Part shown: piece after piece, positions 27,151 through 34,693 of the stretch | Layout: every line of letters begins with the position of its first letter | How positions within the stretch are numbered: position 1 is the stretch's first letter | Virus record (IMG/VR): IMGVR_UViG_3300034106_003149 | Coordinates: 1 to 34,919 of that record | DNA: 34,919 bases | Strand: one strand, 5' to 3' | From: a virus | Taxonomy: Duplodnaviria > Caudoviricetes | Notes under the pieces: model-generated | What the model was told of the DNA's origin: nothing | Databases searched by the model: none | What the model saw: the letters and a program-made list of their open reading frames with translations, nothing else | Translations under genes and position numbers: made by a program

Positions 27151-27636
27151 TCAATCCTTGTATCGATTAACGATATCGTCAAGGTAAAATTCTTCCAAAG
27201 CAGCCTGCGCGAGCATCAGAATCTCAAGCTCATTTTCTTCGCGGCAGCCTACAATCTCGAACGATGTCGAGATTTCTGGCTTGATTCGGTTGGCTGAGAT
27301 GTTGGTTGCCATGCCCGTCACGGGAACCTGCGCGGAGATGGAGAGCGCCACCGGCCCGGCCGCCGGTGACGCCTTTATTCCACACACAGCAACCGCACTG
27401 GAAATCTGAACCTGCGGCGAGCCGACTTTGAGCTTGCCGGTAACGCCGCGCTTGATCTCGACAACCACTCGCTGACGCTCGCGGTAGAAGCCCCCCGGCA
27501 GATCGCGGGCCACGATGGGCGGCGGTGGCGGGGGGCCGCTATCGATCTGAAGCAAACCCTGCGAGCCGATCGAGAGCGGCGTCGGGCTTGGCAGCAAGCC
27601 CTGCGTGGCGATGAGCAAGCTGGTAAGAATTGTCAT
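27151..27636 (-). CDS. hypothetical virion-associated protein
   Basis: 161 aa with a poly-Pro linker; coupled to the upstream gene. Confidence 0.6.
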   Translation of the reverse strand: MTILTSLLIATQGLLPSPTPLSIGSQGLLQIDSGPPPPPPIVARDLPGGFYRERQRVVVEIKRGVTGKLKVGSPQVQISSAVAVCGIKASPAAGPVALSISAQVPVTGMATNISANRIKPEISTSFEIVGCREENELEILMLAQAALEEFYLDDIVNRYKD

Positions 27637-28421
27637 CAGTCGCGAGAAACTGTCGTCGTTGTTGTCCCATCACCGCCGATCGTTTGCGCGATCGCACCAG
27701 CGGTGCGGCTCGTTGGCGTGACGGTGAGCGTGTCTCCGGTCTTCAGCCCGTGGATGAGATACATTTCATCGATCTCCGCGCCGACAGTTCCAGTGGGGTG
27801 ATCGCCCCGCGTAACGAGCGGATCGCGCACCGTGGTGAGTAAATACTCGTCGCCTGCCGTCGGCACAACGCACCAGTTGGAATCCACGGTGGCAGTGTCG
27901 GTGCCGGTATCGAAAGCAAGAATGAATCGCGCCTGTTTCTCGTCGGTGTCTTGGTTTGTGACGACGATTGTTTGCCCGACGCACAAGGTTCCGATTGGCT
28001 CAAGCGTGATTGTATTCGTAGTCGCTGAAACCGTCTGTCCATCTGCGATGATACGCTCGTCGGCAATTTGGCGAAGCCTCTTCCCCGCCGATCTGTTGAC
28101 GTTGTGCGTTGCACCTGTGAGAACTTCATCCCACACTGCGTCGGCGATGCCTGCGGTGGTGGCGGTGGAGAGATCGTTCACAAGAATTTCGGCGCTACCA
28201 TTCCATGCTATAAAGCCAGAGGATACAGGAGTGATCGCGCTTGAATAAAAAACAACCTGATAGGTTCCCGCCGTAATTGCTGGCATGTCGCCAGAGTAAA
28301 ATCTCGTTGTGCCGACTTCGCCGCAAGTGATCGCTGCGCCGACCGTGATGCCGGTTTGGAAAAGTTGCGCGGTGATCGAAAGCCCGCTTGTCGGTTGTGC
28401 TGTGTTTAGTTCTTTTGCCAT
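27636..28421 (-). CDS. hypothetical virion structural protein
   Basis: 261 aa Thr-rich; 'IADAVWDE', 'SAGKRL' motifs typical of phage virion proteins. Confidence 0.65.
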   Translation of the reverse strand: MAKELNTAQPTSGLSITAQLFQTGITVGAAITCGEVGTTRFYSGDMPAITAGTYQVVFYSSAITPVSSGFIAWNGSAEILVNDLSTATTAGIADAVWDEVLTGATHNVNRSAGKRLRQIADERIIADGQTVSATTNTITLEPIGTLCVGQTIVVTNQDTDEKQARFILAFDTGTDTATVDSNWCVVPTAGDEYLLTTVRDPLVTRGDHPTGTVGAEIDEMYLIHGLKTGDTLTVTPTSRTAGAIAQTIGGDGTTTTTVSRD

Positions 28422-28426
28422 GCTTA

Positions 28427-28663
28427 TTAGTTAGTTGGTTCCCATTGCCGCTCTACACGATCCTCAAACCACACAACAACCGGATTCCATTCGCCAGACT
28501 CGGGTTTATCAATCTTTACCAATGGAATGATCGTTGGTTCAACCCAATCCTCCGGTGTCGGGTATGGAGCCAAGGTATCCATACGCGGGTTCCCCTCGTC
28601 ATCCAATACAATTGAAATAAGTTCCTTCCTACCGTCAGCGAATACTACTCCGTATGTTTTCAT
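28427..28663 (-). CDS. small fibre-associated protein
   Basis: ATG at 28663 (MKTYGVVF...); acidic, Trp/Pro-rich; follows the fibre gene. Confidence 0.6.
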   Translation of the reverse strand: MKTYGVVFADGRKELISIVLDDEGNPRMDTLAPYPTPEDWVEPTIIPLVKIDKPESGEWNPVVVWFEDRVERQWEPTN

Positions 28664-28673
28664 ATTTTTAAAA

Positions 28674-29765
28674 TTATGCTCCGTAGGCAACCTCTACGAC
28701 GTCTACCGCCGCAACCCAGCGCCATGTCTCTGACGTGATTCCAGTAACTTCAACCTTTAGTGCATCGTTGGTGTCGTTTGCTGTGATGCTGATACTGGTG
28801 CTTGCCGCTTCATCCGTGCCGATGGTATTCACGGTTCCTACAAGTGAAGTAGTTCCAGCGACATTCTTGATAGAGAACTGGCGGATGTAGCTTGCCGCCG
28901 CCGTTCCATCACTCTTGATGCCAGCGATGTTGATTGTGCCTGTGAGGTATTTCCCAGAGGGGATCGTGAGGCGGGTGCTGCTGCCGTCGAGGAATAGCTC
29001 GACTGCGCTGTTCGTTGTCGTCTTGTTGCGAAGAACGAAACGAGCGCGCTGGGCATCGCCGTTGGCTGCGAACCTTCCAAACGCATGGGCTTGCATTCCC
29101 TGTCTGTCAGCAAGAGTTGCAACACCGTTAAGTATTCCGCTAAAATTAGCAGTTGCTTGATTTCCAAGTGTTGCTGCCTCGTTACCCCCACCGCAAATCA
29201 CAGAGTGATTTCCACTTGCTGTCCCAAAATAGCCTCCACCAACATAAGAATAATTTCCACTAGCTGTATTTTCTTGTCCTCCACCAATTACAGAATACTG
29301 TCCAGAGGCAATTCTTGTATTTGCATTTTTTATTACCTGTAAGTCAACTGCATAAATTCCTCTAGCATTTCCTGTTGAAGCTGCACCAGTTGGCTTTGGC
29401 CCGAGGATGAACGCCCCCGTGCCTTTAGGCGATAGGACGAGGCTGGAGTTGGTCTGACCGGAGTGCTGGTTGGTGATGGCAATGTTATTCTGTGTAGATG
29501 TGGTAGCATCATCAATCACGATGTCGCTCCCCTGCGCCGTCACGCCACCAGTTCCATCCGCCCTTGGCACAGCATTGTCCACCGTGCCCAGCGTTCCGGC
29601 AATCGTTCCTGTCCCACCTACGATGACTTCCGCTCCAGCAGAGTCTTTAATATAGGCTTTATTATCACTCTTAATGTAGAGAGCCGCGTCTCCGCTGTTG
29701 GGAGTCAAGCCAGTGGATTGCGTAAAAATTGCGGCTGTTGCGAAATGTCGGTCTGGTGAAGGCAT
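28674..29765 (-). CDS. fibre/adhesin-like virion protein
   Basis: 363 aa; beta-roll repeats (ASGQYSVIGGGQENT / ASGNYSYVGGGY.GT / ASGNHSVICGGG) resembling YadA-head-like repeats. Confidence 0.7.
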   Translation of the reverse strand: MPSPDRHFATAAIFTQSTGLTPNSGDAALYIKSDNKAYIKDSAGAEVIVGGTGTIAGTLGTVDNAVPRADGTGGVTAQGSDIVIDDATTSTQNNIAITNQHSGQTNSSLVLSPKGTGAFILGPKPTGAASTGNARGIYAVDLQVIKNANTRIASGQYSVIGGGQENTASGNYSYVGGGYFGTASGNHSVICGGGNEAATLGNQATANFSGILNGVATLADRQGMQAHAFGRFAANGDAQRARFVLRNKTTTNSAVELFLDGSSTRLTIPSGKYLTGTINIAGIKSDGTAAASYIRQFSIKNVAGTTSLVGTVNTIGTDEAASTSISITANDTNDALKVEVTGITSETWRWVAAVDVVEVAYGA

Positions 29766-29879
29766 AGTCTTGTTAAGTTAGTTTTTATCGCTTGTGTTTG
29801 CAAGCAAGATTTTGTGTTTAAGATTTACGCTGCAACTCAAGTCTTGCTTGAACTATACAGCGATTTCTAAACAAAAAGT

Positions 29880-30158
29880 GGTGCGGTGGAGTTCAGGTCG
29901 CTCGGCTGCTCTATGCATTTCCTTGGAAAATAACGCACGAATGCGCCAAGTAAGGGTAGTGGTCAACCATGCGGATGCCTATCTACCGCTCGTAGAGCTA
30001 CGACCAATTAGCGTGCCGCCCTCAATGCTCCACCGCAAATTCTTTTCCCCGCCGTAATGCTCTTCCAGAATCCAGAAGCGTTGCCGCATCACGCTTTGCA
30101 TAGCCCTGTCCTCAATTTTGGGCAGTCGGCATTTGCATCGTCCGGCATAGGAACGGGG
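29880..30158 (-). ncRNA. candidate structured ncRNA, copy 2 (two domains: 30047-30158 and 29882-30037)
   Basis: Homologous to 26888-27145; perfect 10-bp closing stem TGCGGTGGAG/CTCCACCGCA; longer variable hairpin in the upstream domain. Confidence 0.7.
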
Positions 30159-30190
30159 TGGACTTTTGTCCTAAGTGTCTTAAAGATCAA

Positions 30191-30373
30191 TTACTTCCCG
30201 CGAGAGAACCCGCGAAGAGTTTGTGCAAGGCGAGCGCGTTGTCCCATCTTGCCGGGTGCTTTCGCTGCTTTAGCAAGTTTGCCCGCAGGGATTGTCTTGC
30301 CCTTTTTGGTTCCGGTTGCCTTGCGTAGCGCTCCGGGCTTCTTGATTGCTTTCTGTATCCATTTTTCAGCCAT
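30191..30373 (-). CDS. small Lys/Arg-rich basic protein
   Basis: ATG at 30373: MAEKWIQKAIKKPGALRKATGTKKGKTIPAGKLAKAAKAPGKMGQRARLAQTL. Confidence 0.75.
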   Translation of the reverse strand: MAEKWIQKAIKKPGALRKATGTKKGKTIPAGKLAKAAKAPGKMGQRARLAQTLRGFSRGK

Positions 30374-30614
30374 TATGTTCACCTTCTTTCTTTTGATCCA
30401 ATATCGCATCTACTCGTCGTGTTGCAAGTTGTTTTTCGATGAGCTTCTTGGCGAGCAGCATGGCTTTAAGCCACTCCACGTTGTTAGCGAACGTCGCTGG
30501 CGCAGACCACAGCATCCTCTCGCAGCACTCCCTCCATTCATCTCTTTCCCTTTCAAGTGTTTCGCAGCGATATACAAGCTCCATCATCGCCAGCGTTTCT
30601 TCTATTCTATTCAT
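30366..30614 (-). CDS. hypothetical protein
   Basis: ATG at 30614 with GAGG upstream; overlaps the helicase stop. Confidence 0.55.
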   Translation of the reverse strand: MNRIEETLAMMELVYRCETLERERDEWRECCERMLWSAPATFANNVEWLKAMLLAKKLIEKQLATRRVDAILDQKKEGEHNG

Positions 30615-31878
30615 AACTGGCCTCCTCAAATCTGGCTTGGGACTTCACGAACCTTACCGGAATCATCGTGGTCGCTCCGTGGCGGTTGTGTGTTATTGTT
30701 AGACAATAAGCGTATGGGTCTGTGTTCTCCTCGTCCTTGTGGACTTTTGTAAAGGAATCGCAGTCCATGTAGAATGTCCTCGACTCGCGGACGGCCCCAT
30801 TATCGTTTAGCTGGGCTAGGAGGACAATGCAGACGTTGAGTTCCTTTGCGAGAATCTTCGCTGTTCTGCTAACCTCTGCTACCTCCCGTTCCCTATTCTT
30901 GGGATCGCCGGATGCCTCCATCAACTGAGCGTAGTCGACCATGATGATCTCTACCTTGTTCTCGGACACGAGCCTCCTGCATCTCGCCTTGAATTGCGTC
31001 ACTGTCATACACGCCTCGTCTGCAATGTAAATAGGCAGCTTTGAGGATTTTGCGATGACTTGAGACATCCTCTCGTGCGCTCCATGATCCAGCCTTCCGT
31101 CCAGTAGATCGGAGATATTCACTTTGGCTTTCTGCGCGATATACTTGTCGAGGAGTTCTTCCGCACCCATCTCCATCGAGATCAAGGCAACAGGCACGTT
31201 TTTCTCAAAAGCTGGGTTTGTCACCATCTGCAACGCAGAAGTAGTCTTTCCTGCCTTAGCTGCACCCGCAATAACGTGCAAGGTTCTGGGTCTGAATCCT
31301 CTAGTAGCCTGATCCCACCTGCTGATCCCCGAATCGTGACCGCGATTAACCGCACCTCCAGAGTTCGCTGCCTCCTCCCATCTTGTAATACAATTGCTCA
31401 GAACTGCCGATATGTGACGGTTTTCGGCATTTGTCGCACTTAGCGAGACAATATCCTTACTCGCATTCTCTTGCAGTTCTTCGATCTTCTTTCCTTTGTC
31501 GAGCGCGCCTTCGATCATTTTTTGTGCTGCGGCGTGTATCTTCCTGCGAACGAAGCACTCGTGGATATTTTGCAGGTATTCTTTCCAATGCGAAGGCGTA
31601 AGGCAATACTCTACGGTTTGGGTTAAATACTCCTTCCCCCCAGCTTCTTCAAAGACACCAGCCTTCTCAAGACTTCCTGCTACAGTAATCGGGTCTACGG
31701 CCCGCCTCTCTTGCCACAGGGCTAACGTAGCTTTCCAGATTTCGCGGTTGCCGAAAGAAGTGAAATGCTCTTCGGTTACGCGGTCAACGGACTTGTCGAT
31801 TATCTTCGGGTTTGTAATGACGGAGCATAGGAATCCCTGCTCCGACGCCAGATCGGCGGGTAGGTTGGTGTTCATCAC
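30607..31878 (-). CDS. dnaB: replicative DNA helicase, DnaB-like (second copy)
   Basis: Walker A GAAKAGKT, ISMEM, VDYAQL, REREVAEVSR, AQLN, VRESR, NRHG; N-terminal DnaB domain. Confidence 0.92.
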   Translation of the reverse strand: MMNTNLPADLASEQGFLCSVITNPKIIDKSVDRVTEEHFTSFGNREIWKATLALWQERRAVDPITVAGSLEKAGVFEEAGGKEYLTQTVEYCLTPSHWKEYLQNIHECFVRRKIHAAAQKMIEGALDKGKKIEELQENASKDIVSLSATNAENRHISAVLSNCITRWEEAANSGGAVNRGHDSGISRWDQATRGFRPRTLHVIAGAAKAGKTTSALQMVTNPAFEKNVPVALISMEMGAEELLDKYIAQKAKVNISDLLDGRLDHGAHERMSQVIAKSSKLPIYIADEACMTVTQFKARCRRLVSENKVEIIMVDYAQLMEASGDPKNREREVAEVSRTAKILAKELNVCIVLLAQLNDNGAVRESRTFYMDCDSFTKVHKDEENTDPYAYCLTITHNRHGATTMIPVRFVKSQARFEEASYE

Positions 31879-31883
31879 CGAGG

Positions 31884-31912
31884 AGCATACGAAATGCTTG
31901 GCATCCCGTCAA
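31884..31912 (-). promoter_or_regulatory. sigma70-like promoter for the second helicase
   Basis: TTGACG-17 nt-TATGCT, ending about 5 nt before the GTG start. Confidence 0.6.
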
Positions 31913-32155
31913 CTATCTCCGCATACCAAACATTCCAAGAAGCTCCTCAACGCTCGCTGTATTAGCTGTATACGCGGGCGAAAATTCTTCCTCGTGTTCG
32001 TCGGTGTCGGGCTGTTGATTGAACCCCTGCTTGTATGCCGCGTCGTAGGTGGTGTTGAAGAACTTTCTCAGACCTTCTTGCGTGAACGTAATCGTCTCGC
32101 TGCTGAAGCCGGGATTTTTCGCAAGATACAGCGCAAAAAGTTTTTCTTTACTCAT
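31913..32155 (-). CDS. hypothetical protein
   Basis: ATG at 32155 (MSKEKLFALYLAKNP...). Confidence 0.55.
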   Translation of the reverse strand: MSKEKLFALYLAKNPGFSSETITFTQEGLRKFFNTTYDAAYKQGFNQQPDTDEHEEEFSPAYTANTASVEELLGMFGMRR

Positions 32156-32203
32156 CCATTTTATTGTATGACAATAAAAATTAAAATCAATTGTTTCATT
32201 TAA

Positions 32204-32398
32204 ATGAAAACACTTATCCAAGGATTCAAAACAAAACCATCTGGCTCGTCGCAATCAGATGATGAGTATGAAGAGTCTGTCGAAGAAATGCGTCAAAAGA
32301 TGCTAAGCCCGCTTGGATATTGGCGCAAAACAGAACAATCCAAGTATCCGTCGTATATTGCTAGTGCGTATAAACGTATGCGCGGTTCGGAGGAATAA
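32204..32398 (+). CDS. hypothetical protein
   Basis: 64 aa; first of three abutting plus-strand ORFs. Confidence 0.5.
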   Translation: MKTLIQGFKTKPSGSSQSDDEYEESVEEMRQKMLSPLGYWRKTEQSKYPSYIASAYKRMRGSEE

Positions 32399-32400
32399 AA

Positions 32401-32547
32401 ATGAAAAAGAAAGAATCCAATTACGAGAATTATCCGCCTAAAAAGGACATCCCAAAATACACGGATAACTATCGCAGCATCTACGACAAGCGCCTTGCTA
32501 AAAAGAAGCTGAAAGACAAGACGTTCCAATCTCTTAACTCGCAGTAG
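32401..32547 (+). CDS. small basic hypothetical protein (not in ORF track)
   Basis: GGAGG upstream; MKKKESNYENYPPKKDIPKYTDNYRSIYDKRLAKKKLKDKTFQSLNSQ fills the gap between its neighbours. Confidence 0.5.
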   Translation: MKKKESNYENYPPKKDIPKYTDNYRSIYDKRLAKKKLKDKTFQSLNSQ

Positions 32548-32548
32548 T

Positions 32549-32965
32549 ATGGCAAAAAGACTTCGCACTTACAACCTTACTCCCGAGCAAATGGCTCGCA
32601 GCAATGCCCGCAGGGAAGCCAAAGGACTCGCTCAAAGGGTGGATGCTCGGATGATGGGAGATACTCCATACTCCGAAGCGTATCGCGTTGCAATGTCGCG
32701 GTATTCTTCCAAAGAACCCACGGCCTCTGAAATGAAAAAACAAAAGGAAGATATGGCATTTTCGGAGATGGCTGCTGGAATGCGCCTTGGTGCCCAGCAA
32801 CGCGAGCAAAAGCGTCAGGGGATGATGGGGGCGCAGGCAGAGTATCGCCGTCGTAAAGCCGCAGGAGAAGACGTGGACTGGGAAGAGATCAAACAACTGC
32901 GAATGGGGCCGAGGGTTTTGAACTCGCCTATTGCGACAGGGGCGATGAATCGCTTTCTCGCCTAA
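32549..32965 (+). CDS. hypothetical helical protein
   Basis: 138 aa rich in R/M/E/A; converges on the deaminase gene. Confidence 0.6.
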   Translation: MAKRLRTYNLTPEQMARSNARREAKGLAQRVDARMMGDTPYSEAYRVAMSRYSSKEPTASEMKKQKEDMAFSEMAAGMRLGAQQREQKRQGMMGAQAEYRRRKAAGEDVDWEEIKQLRMGPRVLNSPIATGAMNRFLA

Positions 32966-33351
32966 AGCTGGATTAGCTCGATGCCAAACTTGTCGGCAAT
33001 CAGTTCGCTGGAAGAGTCACGCTCGTAACAGTCGCGGTAGACAATTCGCTTGATCCCGTAAGAGGCAATCGCTTTCAGACAATCGTTGCAGGGTAGCGTC
33101 GTAACAGCGATTAGCCCGCACTCTTCAGGTCTGATATATCGCAGTGCATTCTGCTCGGCATGCACGACAAACAATCTTCTCTTCTCGCGGTCTGACCAAT
33201 CTTCAGTCATCCCCGCCGGAAACCCGTTATACCCTACGGAAGCAATCGAGTTGTCGTGCCGCAGGATACAGGCACCCACTTTTCTCCAAGGGTCTTTACT
33301 CTTCTGCGCTACCGTCTCGGCAATACTTAAAGCGTATTCTCCGTATCGCAT
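32962..33351 (-). CDS. dCMP deaminase
   Basis: SKDP..KVGA, GYNG, HAEQNA, PCNDC, GIKRIVY zinc deaminase motifs. Confidence 0.92.
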   Translation of the reverse strand: MRYGEYALSIAETVAQKSKDPWRKVGACILRHDNSIASVGYNGFPAGMTEDWSDREKRRLFVVHAEQNALRYIRPEECGLIAVTTLPCNDCLKAIASYGIKRIVYRDCYERDSSSELIADKFGIELIQL

Positions 33352-33410
33352 GTTTTGTTAATAGATTTTCCAAAGTGTATACATTTTTGTCGAATGTTAT
33401 ACGGGTTGCA

Positions 33411-34109
33411 TCAAAACGGGCAAAGGTCTTCTTGAACATTAGCACTTCGTAATCCGAGACTTATATTTAGTTTGCGTAGCTTTTCTTTTTCTTTGGCGCT
33501 CTTCTTGGTTTGTTTTTTGTTGTTCTTGTATTTCCAACCGTCTTTGGTCGGCCTTGTCTTTTCTACCCATCGCAAGTAATCAATCTGTTCTTGAGTCGCT
33601 TTTAGGTTTGCTGGAATCGAGCAAAACGTGCTGTGGGTTATCTTTAGTTTGGCACACGCCAAACAGATACCATGAGAAGTTCCGTTCTTAACGATATTGC
33701 TAATCAACATCATTGGAACAAGTTCTTTCTTTTTCGATCTACTCAATCGCTTCTTTAGGGCTTCATCCGTCAGAGCAATAACATCTTCTTTGTGATGCGG
33801 AAACCGAAGTAGTTTACAGTCTATCGCCTTGTGAACCGTATTATGACAGCTTCTGCAAAGAAGCATCAATCGCTGTTTTTGTTCCCACTCTGTTTCTTTG
33901 AACTTGTAGGCTATATGATGAACATCGCAGCCGGGCTTTTTACATCTTTCGCAAAGTCCGTTATGCCACTCCAAAAACGATTCGCGTAGTGCCTGCCACT
34001 CTGGTGACTTTAGATACTCATTGCGATATTCCCAGCGAGTCATCTTAAAGCCACCGATTTTGCTAATCCTTCCGCGATCACCTCTTTTTATTTTGGTGGT
34101 ATATTTCAT
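33411..34109 (-). CDS. HNH endonuclease
   Basis: YLKSPEWQALR...CERC...VHHIAY...LMLLCRSCH..VH. Confidence 0.8.
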   Translation of the reverse strand: MKYTTKIKRGDRGRISKIGGFKMTRWEYRNEYLKSPEWQALRESFLEWHNGLCERCKKPGCDVHHIAYKFKETEWEQKQRLMLLCRSCHNTVHKAIDCKLLRFPHHKEDVIALTDEALKKRLSRSKKKELVPMMLISNIVKNGTSHGICLACAKLKITHSTFCSIPANLKATQEQIDYLRWVEKTRPTKDGWKYKNNKKQTKKSAKEKEKLRKLNISLGLRSANVQEDLCPF

Positions 34110-34151
34110 ACAAATCTCCCATTAAAACAACAAAAGCAACATGACGGTTCT

Positions 34152-34598
34152 TTATAACGGTTCTATAGACGGTTCATTATAGACCCTATGAACGGGTTCA
34201 TACCTACCCCCTATGAACATGTTCATACCTACCCCCCTCTGAACTGGTTCATACCTACCCCTCCCCCGCCTTTTGCTTTTCGGTATGACAGAATACAAAG
34301 TTTTATGCTCCAGCGAATCCCTTCCGAGCATTTCGAGGTTGATCGTATAGACGTTGGATGTTCGCCTTCCTCCAACATCATATCGCTCTTCCGAAGAGAT
34401 AAGCCCAATTGCCTCAAAAGCGTGGAGATACTTGCGAACCGTTTCTTCAGATACGCCTGATTTCTTTTTCAGTTTCCGCAGCGAAGGCCAGCATGCCCCA
34501 TCTTCGCTTGCACAGTCAGCCAACGCGAGAAGCACAAGCCTCGCATTGCCGCTCGTAAGGCTTTTGTCGAATACCTCCGACAGAACTTTTACACTCAT
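34152..34598 (-). CDS. phage replication initiator, HTH_36-like
   Basis: 'ARLVLLALADCASEDGACWPSLRKL', 'TSNVYTI', C-terminal EPSIEP; internal iteron-like repeats. Confidence 0.8.
   Translation of the reverse strand: MSVKVLSEVFDKSLTSGNARLVLLALADCASEDGACWPSLRKLKKKSGVSEETVRKYLHAFEAIGLISSEERYDVGGRRTSNVYTINLEMLGRDSLEHKTLYSVIPKSKRRGRGRYEPVQRGVGMNMFIGGRYEPVHRVYNEPSIEPL
34188..34261. repeat. iteron-like direct repeats (putative origin)
   Basis: GTTCATACCTACCCC at 34196, 34221 and 34247, each preceded by TGAAC to form TGAAC-N2-GTTCA palindromes. Confidence 0.75.
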
Positions 34599-34610
34599 AC
34601 ACAATAAATT

Positions 34611-34693
34611 GACCCCTCTTTTGGCGCATCTGAAGAGTTAGAGATTTTTAGCAAGCAACTGCGGAATCTCCAGAATACGCCAAAAGAAGGGTC
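34611..34693 (-). promoter_or_regulatory. long leader hairpin upstream of the initiator gene
   Basis: GACCCCTCTTTTGGCG (34611-34626) / CGCCAAAAGAAGGGTC (34678-34693) with inner GAGATT/AATCTC stem. Confidence 0.55.

Noticed and set aside
29878-30037. tRNA or tmRNA interpretation of RNA domain A (copy 2 ends ...CCACCGCACCA on the minus strand)
   Set aside because: No T-loop (TTCRA), D-arm or G3-U70 acceptor, and copy 1 ends ACCT rather than ACCA
26888-30158. attL/attR sites, IS ends or a DGR template/variable repeat pair
   Set aside because: No integrase, transposase or reverse transcriptase in the window; both copies are intergenic and differences are not adenine-specific
29794-30752. Plus-strand ORFs 29794-30057 and 30057-30752
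   Set aside because: They overlap the RNA element and three minus-strand genes; indels between the two repeat copies do not preserve frame
34188-34261. Mini CRISPR array
   Set aside because: Repeats are 15 bp with ~10-bp similar spacers inside a coding sequence; they fit iterons better
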